A stretch of 64,000 bases of DNA. It comes from Eledone cirrhosa. Its lineage: Eukaryota. Shown here in pieces: positions 10,694 through 23,527 of the stretch (the first letter of the stretch is position 1; every line of letters begins with the position of its first letter). The translations under genes and the position numbers were made by a program. The stretch covers positions 15,934,001 through 15,998,000 of the forward strand of contig OZ024745.1 in NCBI GenBank assembly GCA_964016885.1. Direction: 5' to 3'. The notes beneath the pieces were generated by a model. The model was not told the DNA's origin. It saw only the letters and a program-made list of their open reading frames with translations, and ran no database searches.

Positions 10694-13600
10694 ACTCTTT
10701 GAGTCTCAGTCATTGATGTTAGTTAACTGGAAAGTTTGTTGAGATGAATATCAAGCCACTACCTGCAGCCTCAGATATTCAGGATGTATCGGAGGGTTCT
10801 TGCTGTTCCCAGCAAGCATGCCTTTTGAAGCGTTCCAAAAAGCGTGAAGGGGCCAATTTTCTTTAACCATCCCTGGAAACTTTTTGAGAGGTCCCTAGTG
10901 CGCCTATGACAATCGGGATCACTTTGACTTCATGGCAGTTCCAAATCCTTTTTACCTCCCACTTTAAGTCCTGGTATCGGTTAATTTTCTTCCTCTCCTT
11001 CTCTTGCCCTCTCGTGTCGAATGGGCAGGCCACATCCACAATCAGGCACGATCTTTTTTCTTTGTCAAAAACCACCAGGTCAGGTCTATTGTGTTCCAGT
11101 TTCTTGTCCGTCTGTATCCTAAAATCCCACAGCACCTTCACCTGATCGTTTTCTATCACCGCCTCTGGCTTATGCTCATACCACTTCTCAGAATGTGGTA
11201 AATTGTTTACTTTGCATAGGTGCCAGTGGATCACCCTGCCCATCACATCATGTCTCCAGCCCTTATAGTGAGTCTGGGCTAGGTGTTTACACTCGGATAC
11301 AATGTGAGCCACAGTCTCCTCTCTCTCTCCACAGATCCTGCACAGTGGGCTAGCCTCCTCCTTGTAAATGTGGTGTTTCAACCACTTCGCTTTGAGGGCT
11401 TGCTCCTGCGCAGCCATTAACATTCCTTCTGTAGCCTTTTTAAGGTCTCCTCTTTTCAACCAGTTCCATGTCTGTGGATCTCTAAATTCAGTTTTCTCAA
11501 AGAAGGTACTATGAAGTGATTTTTCCTGAAGGCTGCTCTTTCTCCTTGATGTTATTTCCTCCTTGGACATCCCCTGGCCTATTGTCCCCTCCTTCAGTAC
11601 AGCTCTGAACATTGGCTCCTTACTATCAGTCACGTATTTGTGTAGGTTGTTTTTCTCCATCTGAACACAGTCCTCTATGCTGATAAGACCTCTTCCACCC
11701 TCAGATCTCCTTAAGTAGAGTCTATCGACATCACTCCTCTTGTGGAACATATTGTAGATAGTCAATAGCTTCCTAGTCTTCCTATCCATTTCTTTTTGTT
11801 CAGCAACATTCCATCTCAGAATTCCCGCACTGTACCTAATAATAGACACAGCTCGGGAATTTACTGCACTTATGGCATTCCTACTGTTCAGATGTGACTT
11901 TAATACGCTCTTTACTCTCCGAAGGTATTCAGTTCTTATCAATTCCTTCATTTTTTTGTTCTTGATGTCATCAGCCTCCAGAACGACCAAATACTTGTAT
12001 CCTTCTTCAGAGTCAATATCTTTTATCATCTCACCTGTTGGTATCTGGATTCCGTTACTTCTGCTCAACTTACCCCTACTCATCACAATGACTCCACACT
12101 TACTAATACCAAATTGCATACATATATCATTGCTGAAAATACGGACAGTGTCAACAAGCACATCCAACTCCTTCTCACTCTTCCCGAAGAGCTTAAGATC
12201 GTCCATGAAGAGGAGGTGATTGATGGTAAGCCCTCCCTTTCCCAACCTGTATCCTGCTCTCACGTTTCTCAGTACACTGGTCAGGGGCATCAGAGCAAGG
12301 ACAAACAACAGAGGGGACAAACTATCTCCATGGAAGATACCTCTCTTGATCTTCACGCTTCCCAAGGATTCTCCAGTTGATGTTAACTCTGTTTCCCAGG
12401 ACTTCGTACTTTTGCCCAACAACTGTCTGATGTTATCTGCCACCTTGAAGATCTCCAGGCTTTTGGTGATCCAAGAATGTGGCACCATGTCAAATGCCTT
12501 TTTGTAGTCTATCCATCCCATGGCAAGACAAGTGTGTCCCCTCTTGCAATTCCTCATTACCATCTTATCAATAAGTAACTGGTCCTTTGTACCACGTGAC
12601 TTCTTTCGGCATCCTTTCTGTTCGTCCGGTAACAAGTTGTTTGTGTGGAGGTGATGGTAGATTTCCTCAGACATAATGCTTGTCAACAGTTTCCACATTA
12701 CGGACAGACATGTGATAGGTCTATAGTTGGTAACATCATTACCCTTGATTCGGTCTTTCATTATCAGAACTGTGGTACCTTTTGTCAACTACTCTGGTAC
12801 CTCACCTGACATCAAGCAGTCATTGAACATGGTTGTCAGTTTCGGGTGGAGGGATGTTATGTTTTTAATCCAATACCCCTGCACACCATCTGGGCCAGGT
12901 GATTTCCAGTTGGTTAGTTTTTTGGCCTGCCCCTTAAGAGTTTCAACTGTGATACTCAAATCAGTTTGTTGGTGTGCCTGTTCACTGATCTCCTTCTGTA
13001 CTGTCTCAATCCACACTGCCTGTCATTATGTTTAACATCCTGCTCCCATATTCCTCTCCAGAATGTTTTAGTTTGTTCCGCCTCAGGGATCAAGTCGTTG
13101 CCCTTTTCTTTCCCTTGAAGATGTCCAAACAGCATCTTCTGGTTGTTGTCGAACATGCGGTTCTGTCTATACTGGCTGACTCTGTTCTCGTATCGCCTGA
13201 TTTTTGCACTCTTTGCTACAATGCGTTGCTTCAGTTCCTCTATGATAATATTTAGCTTTTTCCTCCTAGTTTTGTACTTTATTTCCAGTCTATTTTTAGT
13301 GCCTATGTTTTTTAGTGTCCCATTCAGTAGGGACTCAAGCTTTCCAATGTCATTTCTCATTTCCCTGATTTGACCACTCAGTCGTTTCTTCCACCAAGGC
13401 TCTGCTCTTTCTTGTCTGTTGTTTCCTCTCGCTTTTATACCAAGTAGTTTCCTCACCGTATTTGCTGTTGCTTTGAGGATATTGTTGCACTGGTGAAGGC
13501 TCCTCACCTCAAGGTATGGGATGACTTTGTTTACCTTAGCTGTTGTTTCTTTTAACTTTTTCCTGTCTACAAATCTTAGGTTCATAGGTCTCCCACTATC

Positions 13601-14295
13601 ATTGTTCAATTCATCTACCACTAAGTTTAGGATATCTACCAAATCTTGTCCTAGCCCGTCAGCATTCATCTCCTCAGTGGCCGTATCTCTGTTCCAGGTA
13701 GTATTTATCTCAGCATTCAGATCATTGTCTGTTTCAGGTGGTTCCTCCGTTCTCTCGACCTCTTCACCTTCATTTCCCACTGGCTCGTTTGCCTGGCATA
13801 CTCCACCCTCCATCTCCAAGCTAATCTCTCTGCTCAGTTCCTCCAGTTCCAGCTCGCTTATCCACTAATTAGTCCTTATTACCCGAGCCTGCCCGGCCAG
13901 TTTTTGTTCATCTAATTTAAATGGACCAATCTCGTTCCAGATGTTATGCATCCTTTTCCTATAGCCTTTCTCCTTGGGGTTACTCTTCAGGCAACATTGC
14001 ATAACAGTTCTATTCAATTTTTTCGTCCAGTTGGTTCTGGTCCCTTTCCTTCTTCTTCTTCCTCCGACACCAGCAGTATTTGGTTGACAGCCAGGTCCCT
14101 GCTGCTGAGCCAGGGAGCACCTGTTGGGTGAGAGTCTGTCACATGACATTCTAGTCTCCATTTCACCGTTATTCGAACTGTTTAGGTTCGACATTTAAAC
14201 ACTCTTATCGAGGATTGGCGAATGTATGGTTACATAACCACCGGTGAATTACTTGTCTCCGGTGGTGGCACTGGTGGTGAAATTATCTTTAGTGA
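10694..14295 (-). mobile_element. R4/Dong-like family B non-LTR retrotransposon, near full length, inactivated
   Basis: RT, CCHC and RLE coding fragments across 14194-10771; 3' tail (TAA)n. Confidence 0.88.
10771..14194 (-). pseudogene. Disrupted RT-RLE ORF of R4/Dong-like family B
   Basis: Motifs [66 protein letters not shown]. Stops at ~13865 and 12789, frameshifts at ~13020 and ~10890. Confidence 0.9.
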
Positions 14296-14361
<66 letters not shown>

Positions 14362-14380
14362 TATTATTATTATTATTATT

Positions 14381-15476
14381 ACAGTTGCATTTATCTTGCT
14401 TTATGTTCATACGAGTTATCACCAAGTCACAACCAGTGACCTCAAGAGACAACAAGGTCCGCCATGTTCAAGAAAGAACATACATATTCACACATGCATC
14501 TTTAGTGTTTAGACTTGTGATGTACTTATATTGACAGGATCTTCCTTAGTATATGGGCAGTTCCCATTAGTACTATCTTTTGTATTTCTCCTATACGCGG
14601 GTTTCCTGGGATTTGCGATATGTAATCATTAGACCCCTTAGGTATCATTCCCAGAGCGCCTACAACCACTGGTATTGTTTTAGTTCTCAATTTCCACATT
14701 TTTCTAATTTCTATCTCCAGGTCCTTATACTTGCTCAATTTTTCAAATGTTTTTATAGATACATTCTTGTCTATTGGAACAGACATATCAATTAGCAGGC
14801 ATACCCTCTTTTGAAAGTCTTTCAATATTATATCAGGTCTGTTTGCATCTATTTTTCGGTCTGTTTGGATGCTAAAGTTCCACAAGATTGAGATGTGATC
14901 TTTTTCAAGTATGGGAGGTGGTTGATGCTCCCACCAATTCTTTTGATGGGGCAGGTCAAAATGCTTACACATTATCCAATGTATGTATTGTGCAGCTCTG
15001 TCATGCCTGTTTAGGTATTCGGTTGGAGCTATAGGACTGCACATTGAAATTATATGGTCAATGGTCTCTGGTTGTTTTTTGCATACACAGCATAATGGGC
15101 TGCACCCATTTTTTATTATGTTGGCTTGGCAATTTTTTGTTGGCAGACACTGATCTTGTGCCGATATAATCAGTCCTTCAGTCTCCGATTTCAGTCCAGA
15201 GGATGCCAACCACTGATGGGTTAAAGTTTTGTCAACATCAGGATTGTTAGCTCGCTCTGGGTATTTTCCATACAGAGGCTTTTCTTGCCATTTCTTAGCC
15301 AGTTTCTGTAGCAGTTCTTTCTTTGCAGTTACTTTTACCTGCTTTGCCTTTTCTGTGTTTTCCATTTCAGCAGTAAATGGGACTTCTGAAATTTGTAGTC
15401 CATTACTGTATCTTTGTGCATCTTTTGTAATGGAATATGATCTTTTGATGCTTTCATGTTTCAAAACGAGTTTGAT
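14381..15476 (-). mobile_element. R4/Dong-like family A, 5'-truncated copy
   Basis: Near-identical to the 3' 1.1 kb of the full copy; bounded by TAA repeats on both sides. Confidence 0.9.
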
Positions 15477-15516
15477 TATTATTATTATTATTATTATTAT
15501 TATTGTTATTGTTATT

Positions 15517-15800
15517 CCTTGAATCTCAGTCATTGATGTTGGTTAACTGGAAAGTCCGTTGGATTGAATATCAAGCCACTACCTGCAGCCTCAGATATTC
15601 AGGACGTATCGGAGGGTTCTTGCTGTTCTAAGCAAGCATGCCTTTTGAAGCGTTCCAAAAAGCGTGAAGGGGCCGATTTTCTTTAACCATCCCTGGAAAC
15701 CTTTGGAGATAGTCCCCAGTGCGCCTATGACAATCGGGATCACTTTGACTTCATGGCAGTTCCAAATCCTACTTTGACTTCATGGCAGTTCCAAATCCTA
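15517..15800 (-). mobile_element. R4/Dong-like family B 3' fragment with a ~29-bp duplication at its 5' junction
   Basis: Matches 10694-10950; CTTTGACTTCATGGCAGTTCCAAATCCTA occurs twice in tandem. Confidence 0.85.
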
Positions 15801-15823
15801 TTATTATTATTATTATTATTATT

Positions 15824-18800
15824 TGCATTTATCTTGCTTTATGTTTATACGAGTTATCACCAAGTCACAACCAGTGACCTCAAGAGACAACAAGGTCCGC
15901 CATGTTCAAGAAAGAACACACATATTCACACATGCATCCTTAGTGTTTAGACTTGTGATGTACTTATATTGACAGGATCTTCCTTAGTATATGGGCAGTT
16001 CCCATTAGTACTATCTTTTGTATTTCTCCTATACGCGGGTTTCCTGGGATTTGCGATAAGTAGTCGTTAGACCCCTTAGGTATCATTCCCAGAGCGCCTA
16101 CAACCACTGGTATTGTTTTAGTTCTCAATTTCCACATTTTTCCAATTTCTATCTCCAGGTCCTTATACTTGCTCAATTTTTCAAATGTTTTTATAGATAC
16201 ATTCTTGTCTATTGGAACAGACATATCAATTAGCAGGCATACCCTCCTTTGAAAGTCCTTCAATATTATATCAGGTCTATTTGCATCTATTTTTCGGTCT
16301 GTTTGGATGCTAAAGTTCCACAAGATTGAGATGTGATCTTTTTCAAGTATGGGAGGTGGTTGATGCTCCCACCAATTCTTTTGATGGGGCAGGTCAAAAT
16401 GCTTGCACATTATCCAATGTATGTATTGTGCAGCTCTGTCATGCCTGTTTAGGTATTCGGTTGGAGCTATAGGACTGCACATTGAAATTATATGGTCAAT
16501 GGTCTCTGGTTGTTTTTTGCATACACGGCATAATGGGCTGCACCCATTTTTTATTATGTTGGCTTGGTAATTTTTTGTTGGCAGACACTGATCTTGTGCG
16601 GATATAATCAGTCCTTCAGTCTCCGATTTCAGTCCAGAGGATGCCAACCACTGATGGGTTAAAGTTTTGTCAACATCAGGATTGTTAGCTCGCTCTGGGT
16701 ATTTTCCATACAGAGGCTTTTCTTGCCATTTCTTAGCCAGTTTCTGTAGCAGTTCTTTCTTTGCAGTTACTTTTACCTGCTTTGCTTTTTCTGTGTTTTC
16801 CATTTCAGCAGTAAATGGGACTTCTGAAATTTGTAGTCCATTACTGTATCTTTGTGCATCTTTTGTAATGGAATATGATCTTTTGGTGCTTTCGTGTTTC
16901 AAAACGAGTTTGATCATCCAATCATGTGATTCCCTTAGATATGTGGATAATCCAATTGTTGCAGTTTTCAACGCAATGTCTAACTGGATTAACCCACGTC
17001 CTCCTTCTTTCCTAGGGAGATATATTCTATCTATGTCTGCCTTAGGGTGATGCATTCTGTGCATGGTTAAGAATTTTCGGATTTTTGTATCGAGCCTACG
17101 GATCTCTGTGCTTGACCAGTTGATGACATTGTAACTGTAGGTTACTACTGGTATGGCAAGCGTGTTTATGGCATCGATCCTATTCCTTGCATTCAATTCC
17201 GTTCTTAAGATTGCTCTGACTCTGCGGTAACATTCCTTCCTTATCCTTTCCCTCATTGTCGAGTGCTTGATTCCGTCTCCTTCACAAACACCTAGATATT
17301 TGTAAGTTTGTTCTTGATCAAGCTCTCTTATCACGTTCCCCCGATCAAGATTAATGTCTGAACTCTTCAGCAGCTTTCCTCTGGTGAACGTTGCTTTGGC
17401 GCATTTATCCAGTCCAAACTCCATTTTAATGTCATCACTGAACTGCTTCACAGTGGATAATAGCCCTTGCAATTGTTCATCATTTTTTGCAAATAGTTTC
17501 AGGTCATCCATGTAGAACAGGTGATTAATGGTTTTGTCATAGACTCTATATCCATGTTTTGTTTCATTGAGCATTTTACTTAATGGTATAAGTGCGATGC
17601 AGAATAAAAGCGGTGATAAAGAGTCACCCTGAAAAATTCCACAATTAATGTTAACTTCTCCAGCTTCCAGTGATTTTGTTTCACTATTCAAAAGGAGTGT
17701 CGTTCTCCATGTCCTCATACTGAATGACAAAAACCTCCTGATAACGGGGGATATTTTGAAAATCTCTAAACATTTTTCAATCCAACTGTGTGGCAAACTA
17801 TCAAATGCTTTTTTATAATCTATCCAAGCGATCGATAGATTTTTGTGTCTATTATGACAATCTTCCAGTATCATTTTGTTAACCAGAAGCTGATCCTTAC
17901 AGCCATATGAGCCTCGTTTACACCCTTTCTGCTCAATGGGAAATAGGTCATTTGTTATCAGGTGGTCATATGTGTATTCAGTTAGGACTGATGTTAACAT
18001 TTTATACATTGTGGTCAAGCAGGTTATCGGTCTGTAATTTTTGGGATTGTTTGTCTCATCATTCTTCGGTAGCAGGAATGTAATGCCGTTAACTAGCCAT
18101 GATGGTATCTTTTCTGGCTCCTTAACTATTTCATTGTAAAGTTGGGCTAACAGCTCATGAGACTCTGTGAAGGCATTTATCCAAAAGTTTTGTATTTTGT
18201 CTTTTCCTGGGGATTTCCATTTGCTGGTTTTTCTTAGAGCCAAGCGCAGCTGTTCAACTGTTATATTTTCCCATGTTTGTTCTTCAAGGTGAGCTGTTTC
18301 TTTCATTTGTCTGTCTATCCATGGGGCATGTATGTTATTAACTTTTTCTTCGGCCCAGATCTTTTCCCAGAATTCTTGCACTTCCTCCTTGGGTGGTATT
18401 GATTTAGCAGTTATTGATGACTTACCAATTTTTCTGTAGAAGTTTCTTTGGTTGTTTTTGAACATATTATTGTCCTTATAGAATCTAGATCGTTTTTCAA
18501 AGCGCCTTATACGAGCAGCTTTGGCCGACACTTTTTGCTTGATTGTTTCTATCAGCATGTCTATGTCACATGTTGATCTTATACTGTACTTTTTTTTCAA
18601 TTTTCTAAGTTTAGTTTGTTTAACATGTTCACCTACTTTATAGTTTGTTAAAATTTCTATGTCAGATCGGAGAAGGTTTATTTGGCGATTGATGTTATCT
18701 TGCCAAGTAGATTTCTTATGGGAATTCCTTTGTTTTTTCATCTTCACTCCACATAAGTGAGTGGTGACTTTAGCCGATGCATAATAGAGATGATTTAAGT

Positions 18801-19774
18801 CAGTAATGCTTAGTTTGTTTGTGATGATAATGTTTTTGAGAATTATGTTAGTCTTGTGTATTATCTTTTGGTTCTGTTTGGAGTTCTGGATCTTAGGGAG
18901 GGTGTCTCGTTCCCCCATGTCAGATTCTTTCATTTTCATCCATTCGATCATAATTTCATCCTTCAAGTTGGCAAGTTCATTTTCATTCATTTCTTTATCA
19001 TTTACGATCTCATTATTTTCATTTGGAGTTTCATCCTGAGCATGCACTCCCTCCACTTTTTCGCTCCTTTCTTTAATTTGTTCTGTTGCCAGTGATTCCG
19101 CCCCAACTCTGGGATTCGAAGTGTTACAGTTTACCTCGTTTTCACTGACACATGCTTCATTTTCCCTTCGCTGACTTTGTGCTACTAGCTTGATCTGATC
19201 AATTTCTATATCAGTTAGTAACTTTTTTCTTACAATATTTCTTCGTATATTGGCTAGTTTGTTACTGTCAATATAGCCTCTGTTTTCGGGATGTTTCTTT
19301 TTCCAGTTGATATATGTTTGCTCTGTATTCGATGTATTTGATGGGTAGTACATGGCAGTGTAGAAAGCCTCAAGGACTTCTTTATTATCTTCCCTTGACC
19401 ATTTTTCTCTCTTTTTCTTTGGATTTCTTGGTGGTGAGCATGGAGGGCCAACAGTAGGAGTATTCCGGTTATGGGAGGTCTCCAGCTCCGAAGTGATGGG
19501 AAGGTTTGAACCATTAGCTGATTTTTCGACCCCAGTCTGGTTCCTCTCTGAGGGACGCGGCCCTTTTTTACCCGGGTGACGGCCGATCCGGTATGAGATT
19601 TCATCATTAGACATCTACTTTATTTTGTCGCGTTTTATCCTTATCCGCCAAGGAGTAATCTTTTCGTGTTACCACTTCTAGAACGAGTGTCAACCAAGAC
19701 TAGAGGGGTCGTTCTCCCCTAGAGACATGGCTATTCCCCGCCGGCCGCCATCCCGGTATTTCTTGGTCACGGGG

Positions 19775-19776
<2 letters not shown>
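15824..19776 (-). mobile_element. R4/Dong-like family A non-LTR retrotransposon, full length, in (TAA)n
   Basis: Single long ORF, ~160-nt 5' UTR, (TAA)n on both sides. Dong/R4-clade elements are known to insert in TAA repeats. Confidence 0.9.
15964..19614 (-). CDS. RT, CCHC zinc finger and restriction-like endonuclease (1216 aa), intact
   Basis: [42 protein letters not shown]; CRVC..ETIDHIISMC; RHD; RPDIILKD..IDMSVP..K..KY. Confidence 0.95.
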   Translation of the reverse strand: MSNDEISYRIGRHPGKKGPRPSERNQTGVEKSANGSNLPITSELETSHNRNTPTVGPPCSPPRNPKKKREKWSREDNKEVLEAFYTAMYYPSNTSNTEQTYINWKKKHPENRGYIDSNKLANIRRNIVRKKLLTDIEIDQIKLVAQSQRRENEACVSENEVNCNTSNPRVGAESLATEQIKERSEKVEGVHAQDETPNENNEIVNDKEMNENELANLKDEIMIEWMKMKESDMGERDTLPKIQNSKQNQKIIHKTNIILKNIIITNKLSITDLNHLYYASAKVTTHLCGVKMKKQRNSHKKSTWQDNINRQINLLRSDIEILTNYKVGEHVKQTKLRKLKKKYSIRSTCDIDMLIETIKQKVSAKAARIRRFEKRSRFYKDNNMFKNNQRNFYRKIGKSSITAKSIPPKEEVQEFWEKIWAEEKVNNIHAPWIDRQMKETAHLEEQTWENITVEQLRLALRKTSKWKSPGKDKIQNFWINAFTESHELLAQLYNEIVKEPEKIPSWLVNGITFLLPKNDETNNPKNYRPITCLTTMYKMLTSVLTEYTYDHLITNDLFPIEQKGCKRGSYGCKDQLLVNKMILEDCHNRHKNLSIAWIDYKKAFDSLPHSWIEKCLEIFKISPVIRRFLSFSMRTWRTTLLLNSETKSLEAGEVNINCGIFQGDSLSPLLFCIALIPLSKMLNETKHGYRVYDKTINHLFYMDDLKLFAKNDEQLQGLLSTVKQFSDDIKMEFGLDKCAKATFTRGKLLKSSDINLDRGNVIRELDQEQTYKYLGVCEGDGIKHSTMRERIRKECYRRVRAILRTELNARNRIDAINTLAIPVVTYSYNVINWSSTEIRRLDTKIRKFLTMHRMHHPKADIDRIYLPRKEGGRGLIQLDIALKTATIGLSTYLRESHDWMIKLVLKHESTKRSYSITKDAQRYSNGLQISEVPFTAEMENTEKAKQVKVTAKKELLQKLAKKWQEKPLYGKYPERANNPDVDKTLTHQWLASSGLKSETEGLIISAQDQCLPTKNYQANIIKNGCSPLCRVCKKQPETIDHIISMCSPIAPTEYLNRHDRAAQYIHWIMCKHFDLPHQKNWWEHQPPPILEKDHISILWNFSIQTDRKIDANRPDIILKDFQRRVCLLIDMSVPIDKNVSIKTFEKLSKYKDLEIEIGKMWKLRTKTIPVVVGALGMIPKGSNDYLSQIPGNPRIGEIQKIVLMGTAHILRKILSI

Positions 19777-19844
<68 letters not shown>

Positions 19845-20051
19845 ATTATTATTATTATTATCATATATATATATTCACACAGGCACACACATATATATGT
19901 ATGATACATACATCCATATACTCCCGTACCTGTTCCAGCCACCAGGCCGAGGCCATGCTGTAGTACCACCCTTGATATATGTACATACGCATACACATTT
20001 ACATCCCACTTTGTCTTGCTATGCTGAGCAGTGGTCATCTTTCGATCTCTA

Positions 20052-20242
<191 letters not shown>

Positions 20243-20353
20243 GTATATATTCATATCTATTCAATCCAACATGTATCTATTTTGGTAAAGTTGTGTATAT
20301 AACTTTGTATCTGTTTACTGTGTGTGTATGTGTGTGTATGAGAGAGAGAGAGA

Positions 20354-20407
<54 letters not shown>

Positions 20408-20782
20408 GTGTGTGTGTCTGTGATGTGTATATATTATTCAATGCTGAAGGAATAGTCCTCCTTCCGGCGGTCAGAATGTAGAAAACATTGCCTCGGATGA
20501 TGGCAAAGTAGACGCGCAGAAAGAGTCACTACGTCTCACAGGGCTCACACATGAGGGTAACCAACTATGCCTCCATATTAGTGACCATGGATGTGGTCCT
20601 GTGGTTAAGAACGCAAAAAGTCTCCATTTCCACAGGCTCGGTCACAAACTTATCAGGAAGTGGCCAATACTTTGACAGTTTTCCCCCTGGAGCTGTCACA
20701 ACAGTATTTTACGTAAATCTGATGTTATTGCTGCTTCGGGAAACCCCGAGTACCTAGGAGGGGATATGCCAGTTCGTCATGT

Positions 20783-20823
<41 letters not shown>

Positions 20824-21139
20824 TTTATTAAAATAACAGATTAAAGTTTAAGCAAAGAATCGCTGCTTTCACCCTTAACGGGATCTTCTGAAACTAAAAA
20901 AATCAATCTGTGAACGCAGAAGTAAATATTTCGAAAAACGTTGCAACCGAAGGAAAATAGGAAGACGATACTTTGGTTCACGAAGACGTTCCCTGGCAAT
21001 GATAGATAGGTAGATAACATGTGCATATATATGTATATATGCACATGTTTTGAATTAAGTATTTAATACGGTAGACGAGAGATTCGTAACATTCATGAAG
21101 TTCCTTTCGTTGATTTTGCTTTTCTATCCTATTGTTCAC

Positions 21140-21278
<139 letters not shown>

Positions 21279-21915
21279 GTATATATTTATGTATACATAA
21301 TATGTGTGTATGTACGTTGATGGTGAAATCAAATACAACCATTGCTTTCAAAATGCAAAGCATGATGTTTTTTAAAAAACAAAAAACAACTCTCTATGAC
21401 ATGAAATAAAGATTTCACTGCAAATCTGATCTACTGTCTTTTATTTTTCTTCTTTCGTCTTGTTTGTCGTTAACTTTTGATATGGAAACCACAATACATT
21501 AATACCATTGGCTCATACACAGCGACGCCATCTTGTTTATTGACTATTGCAAATGGAAGCATAGAATTTCCACCATCTCACTGAACTGTACTGAAGGTAG
21601 CCAATCAATATGACATGTCATTTTACAAATGCCTGGCTTGCCAAATGATATCGAAAATAGTATTTTACTGAGCCGCGTGTCATTACACATACACGGCTTA
21701 ACAAAATTTAGTAAAATAAAAATAAAATAAAGGAAAAAAATATATATTTTTTCCTATTGACGTTTTTCTGGATCCATAACAAATAAAATAGGATCAGAAA
21801 GAAACGAAAGAATAATAGTAGGAGAGGTAATGGCAGTGAATAGGAAGAAAGCAGGAATAGGAAAGTTTGCAGAGAAATGAAAATCAATTTTCAAAAAATT
21901 CTCAACTCCAATATT

Positions 21916-21954
<39 letters not shown>

Positions 21955-22793
21955 GTTATTTATTTGTTTATTTATTTTTCTACAAATAAATTAGCAATTA
22001 AATTGTATTTTGGGGGTGAACATATTTGCTGACTGTAATGGTAATGGCGTATGTTAAGGATAGCAGGTAATAATATTATAAAACATACATGTGATAACCA
22101 CTGGCTACATAATGTTGCTAGTGAACTGTGAAGTAGGAGTCAAGTATTCGACTTAATGGTAAACTATGGTAAGGGGGGCTACGATCGGTTATGCTGAGGG
22201 TGTAATTTAATTTCTCTTCAGTCTGTTAGTCATTCCTCGATGTAATTCAATCAACAGAATTCTAGGGCAGGGTTAAAGGAGTATCAGAGCTAGCGGAACA
22301 AATGCACTGTTGATTGAAACTAGTTTGAAGTGGTTTCAACAAGATAACTCATTAAAAATTCCAGTGAATTTTTTTGTCTGTCTCTGATAGGAATGAAATG
22401 AAGAGAGAGTATGCAAGGAATGTGTAGTAAATCAATGATGCATATGGTTAGAACCGGAGTAAGGAACCACGATTCTTCAGCCCATCGCACCTGGCTCTTT
22501 GAGGCTCTTTAAAATTCGTTTTATTGAAAATTAAATCTACAATCTTGTATTAAAATAAAAGCCACAACTTATAACGCGGACACTGCAGCTATTTCAGAAA
22601 AAAATCAAAGTAAAAAATCGCAAGGAAATAGTTACCTAAATTCATGTTTTATGCGATTGTGATGGACCCAATTAGTAGGTTTATTTTTTAGATAAAATGT
22701 CTCTTCAGATCGAAAACTTTCTTGCTTAGCCTTAATATAATGAATATATAAATTCTACTTCGGTATCGAGAACTCGTTTCTCTCAGCCGCCAA

Positions 22794-22920
<127 letters not shown>

Positions 22921-23527
22921 CGCGCGCAGTTTTGGTTAAAAATCAGTGCTCTTTGTACAGATATGAATTTATAAAATACTTCAGTTTTATATGTGATATA
23001 TATATATATATATATCAGGCTGGTTGTTCCTTTTTTCTCTCTTGTCTACGATTTCACAGAACTTATGTTCACCGAATTCAGGGACTAGACTCCTTCTTCC
23101 TCCCGTTTGACCTGTGCGGAATTCCTTCCTTGCTCACATTTCGACTAGGTTTGATGGTCTTTATTCTCTCTCGTGCACGATTTCACCGAACTTATATTCA
23201 TAGAAATCTGGGACTTGACTCTTTCTTCCTCACTTTTCGTTGCATTACCATCTTTGATTGTTTACAGTCTCGCTCGTTCCCCTTATTTACGTGTCCCAAC
23301 GACTTTCTTTAGCCGTTGCTCGCACCAACCGGAGGTATATGGTCTTTAAAGCGATGAAATACCAATGAAGGTTGGAAGATCACTGATGAAGGACTAACTT
23401 TATTCATATATATATATATATATGTTGCGTGTGGGGTGGGGGTGAGAAGAGAGAGGGAGAAAGAGGGAGAGACATTTGATATAAGGTTCCATCATTCTCA
23501 AAATCCTAATACTTTGAGAGCAACCCA

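Noticed and set aside
14526-15533. 335-aa ORF as an independent gene
   Set aside because: A truncated R4 fragment read in from a (TAA)n tract.
23045-23235. Two ~55-bp diverged direct repeats
   Set aside because: Real but uninformative; no structure or family could be assigned.
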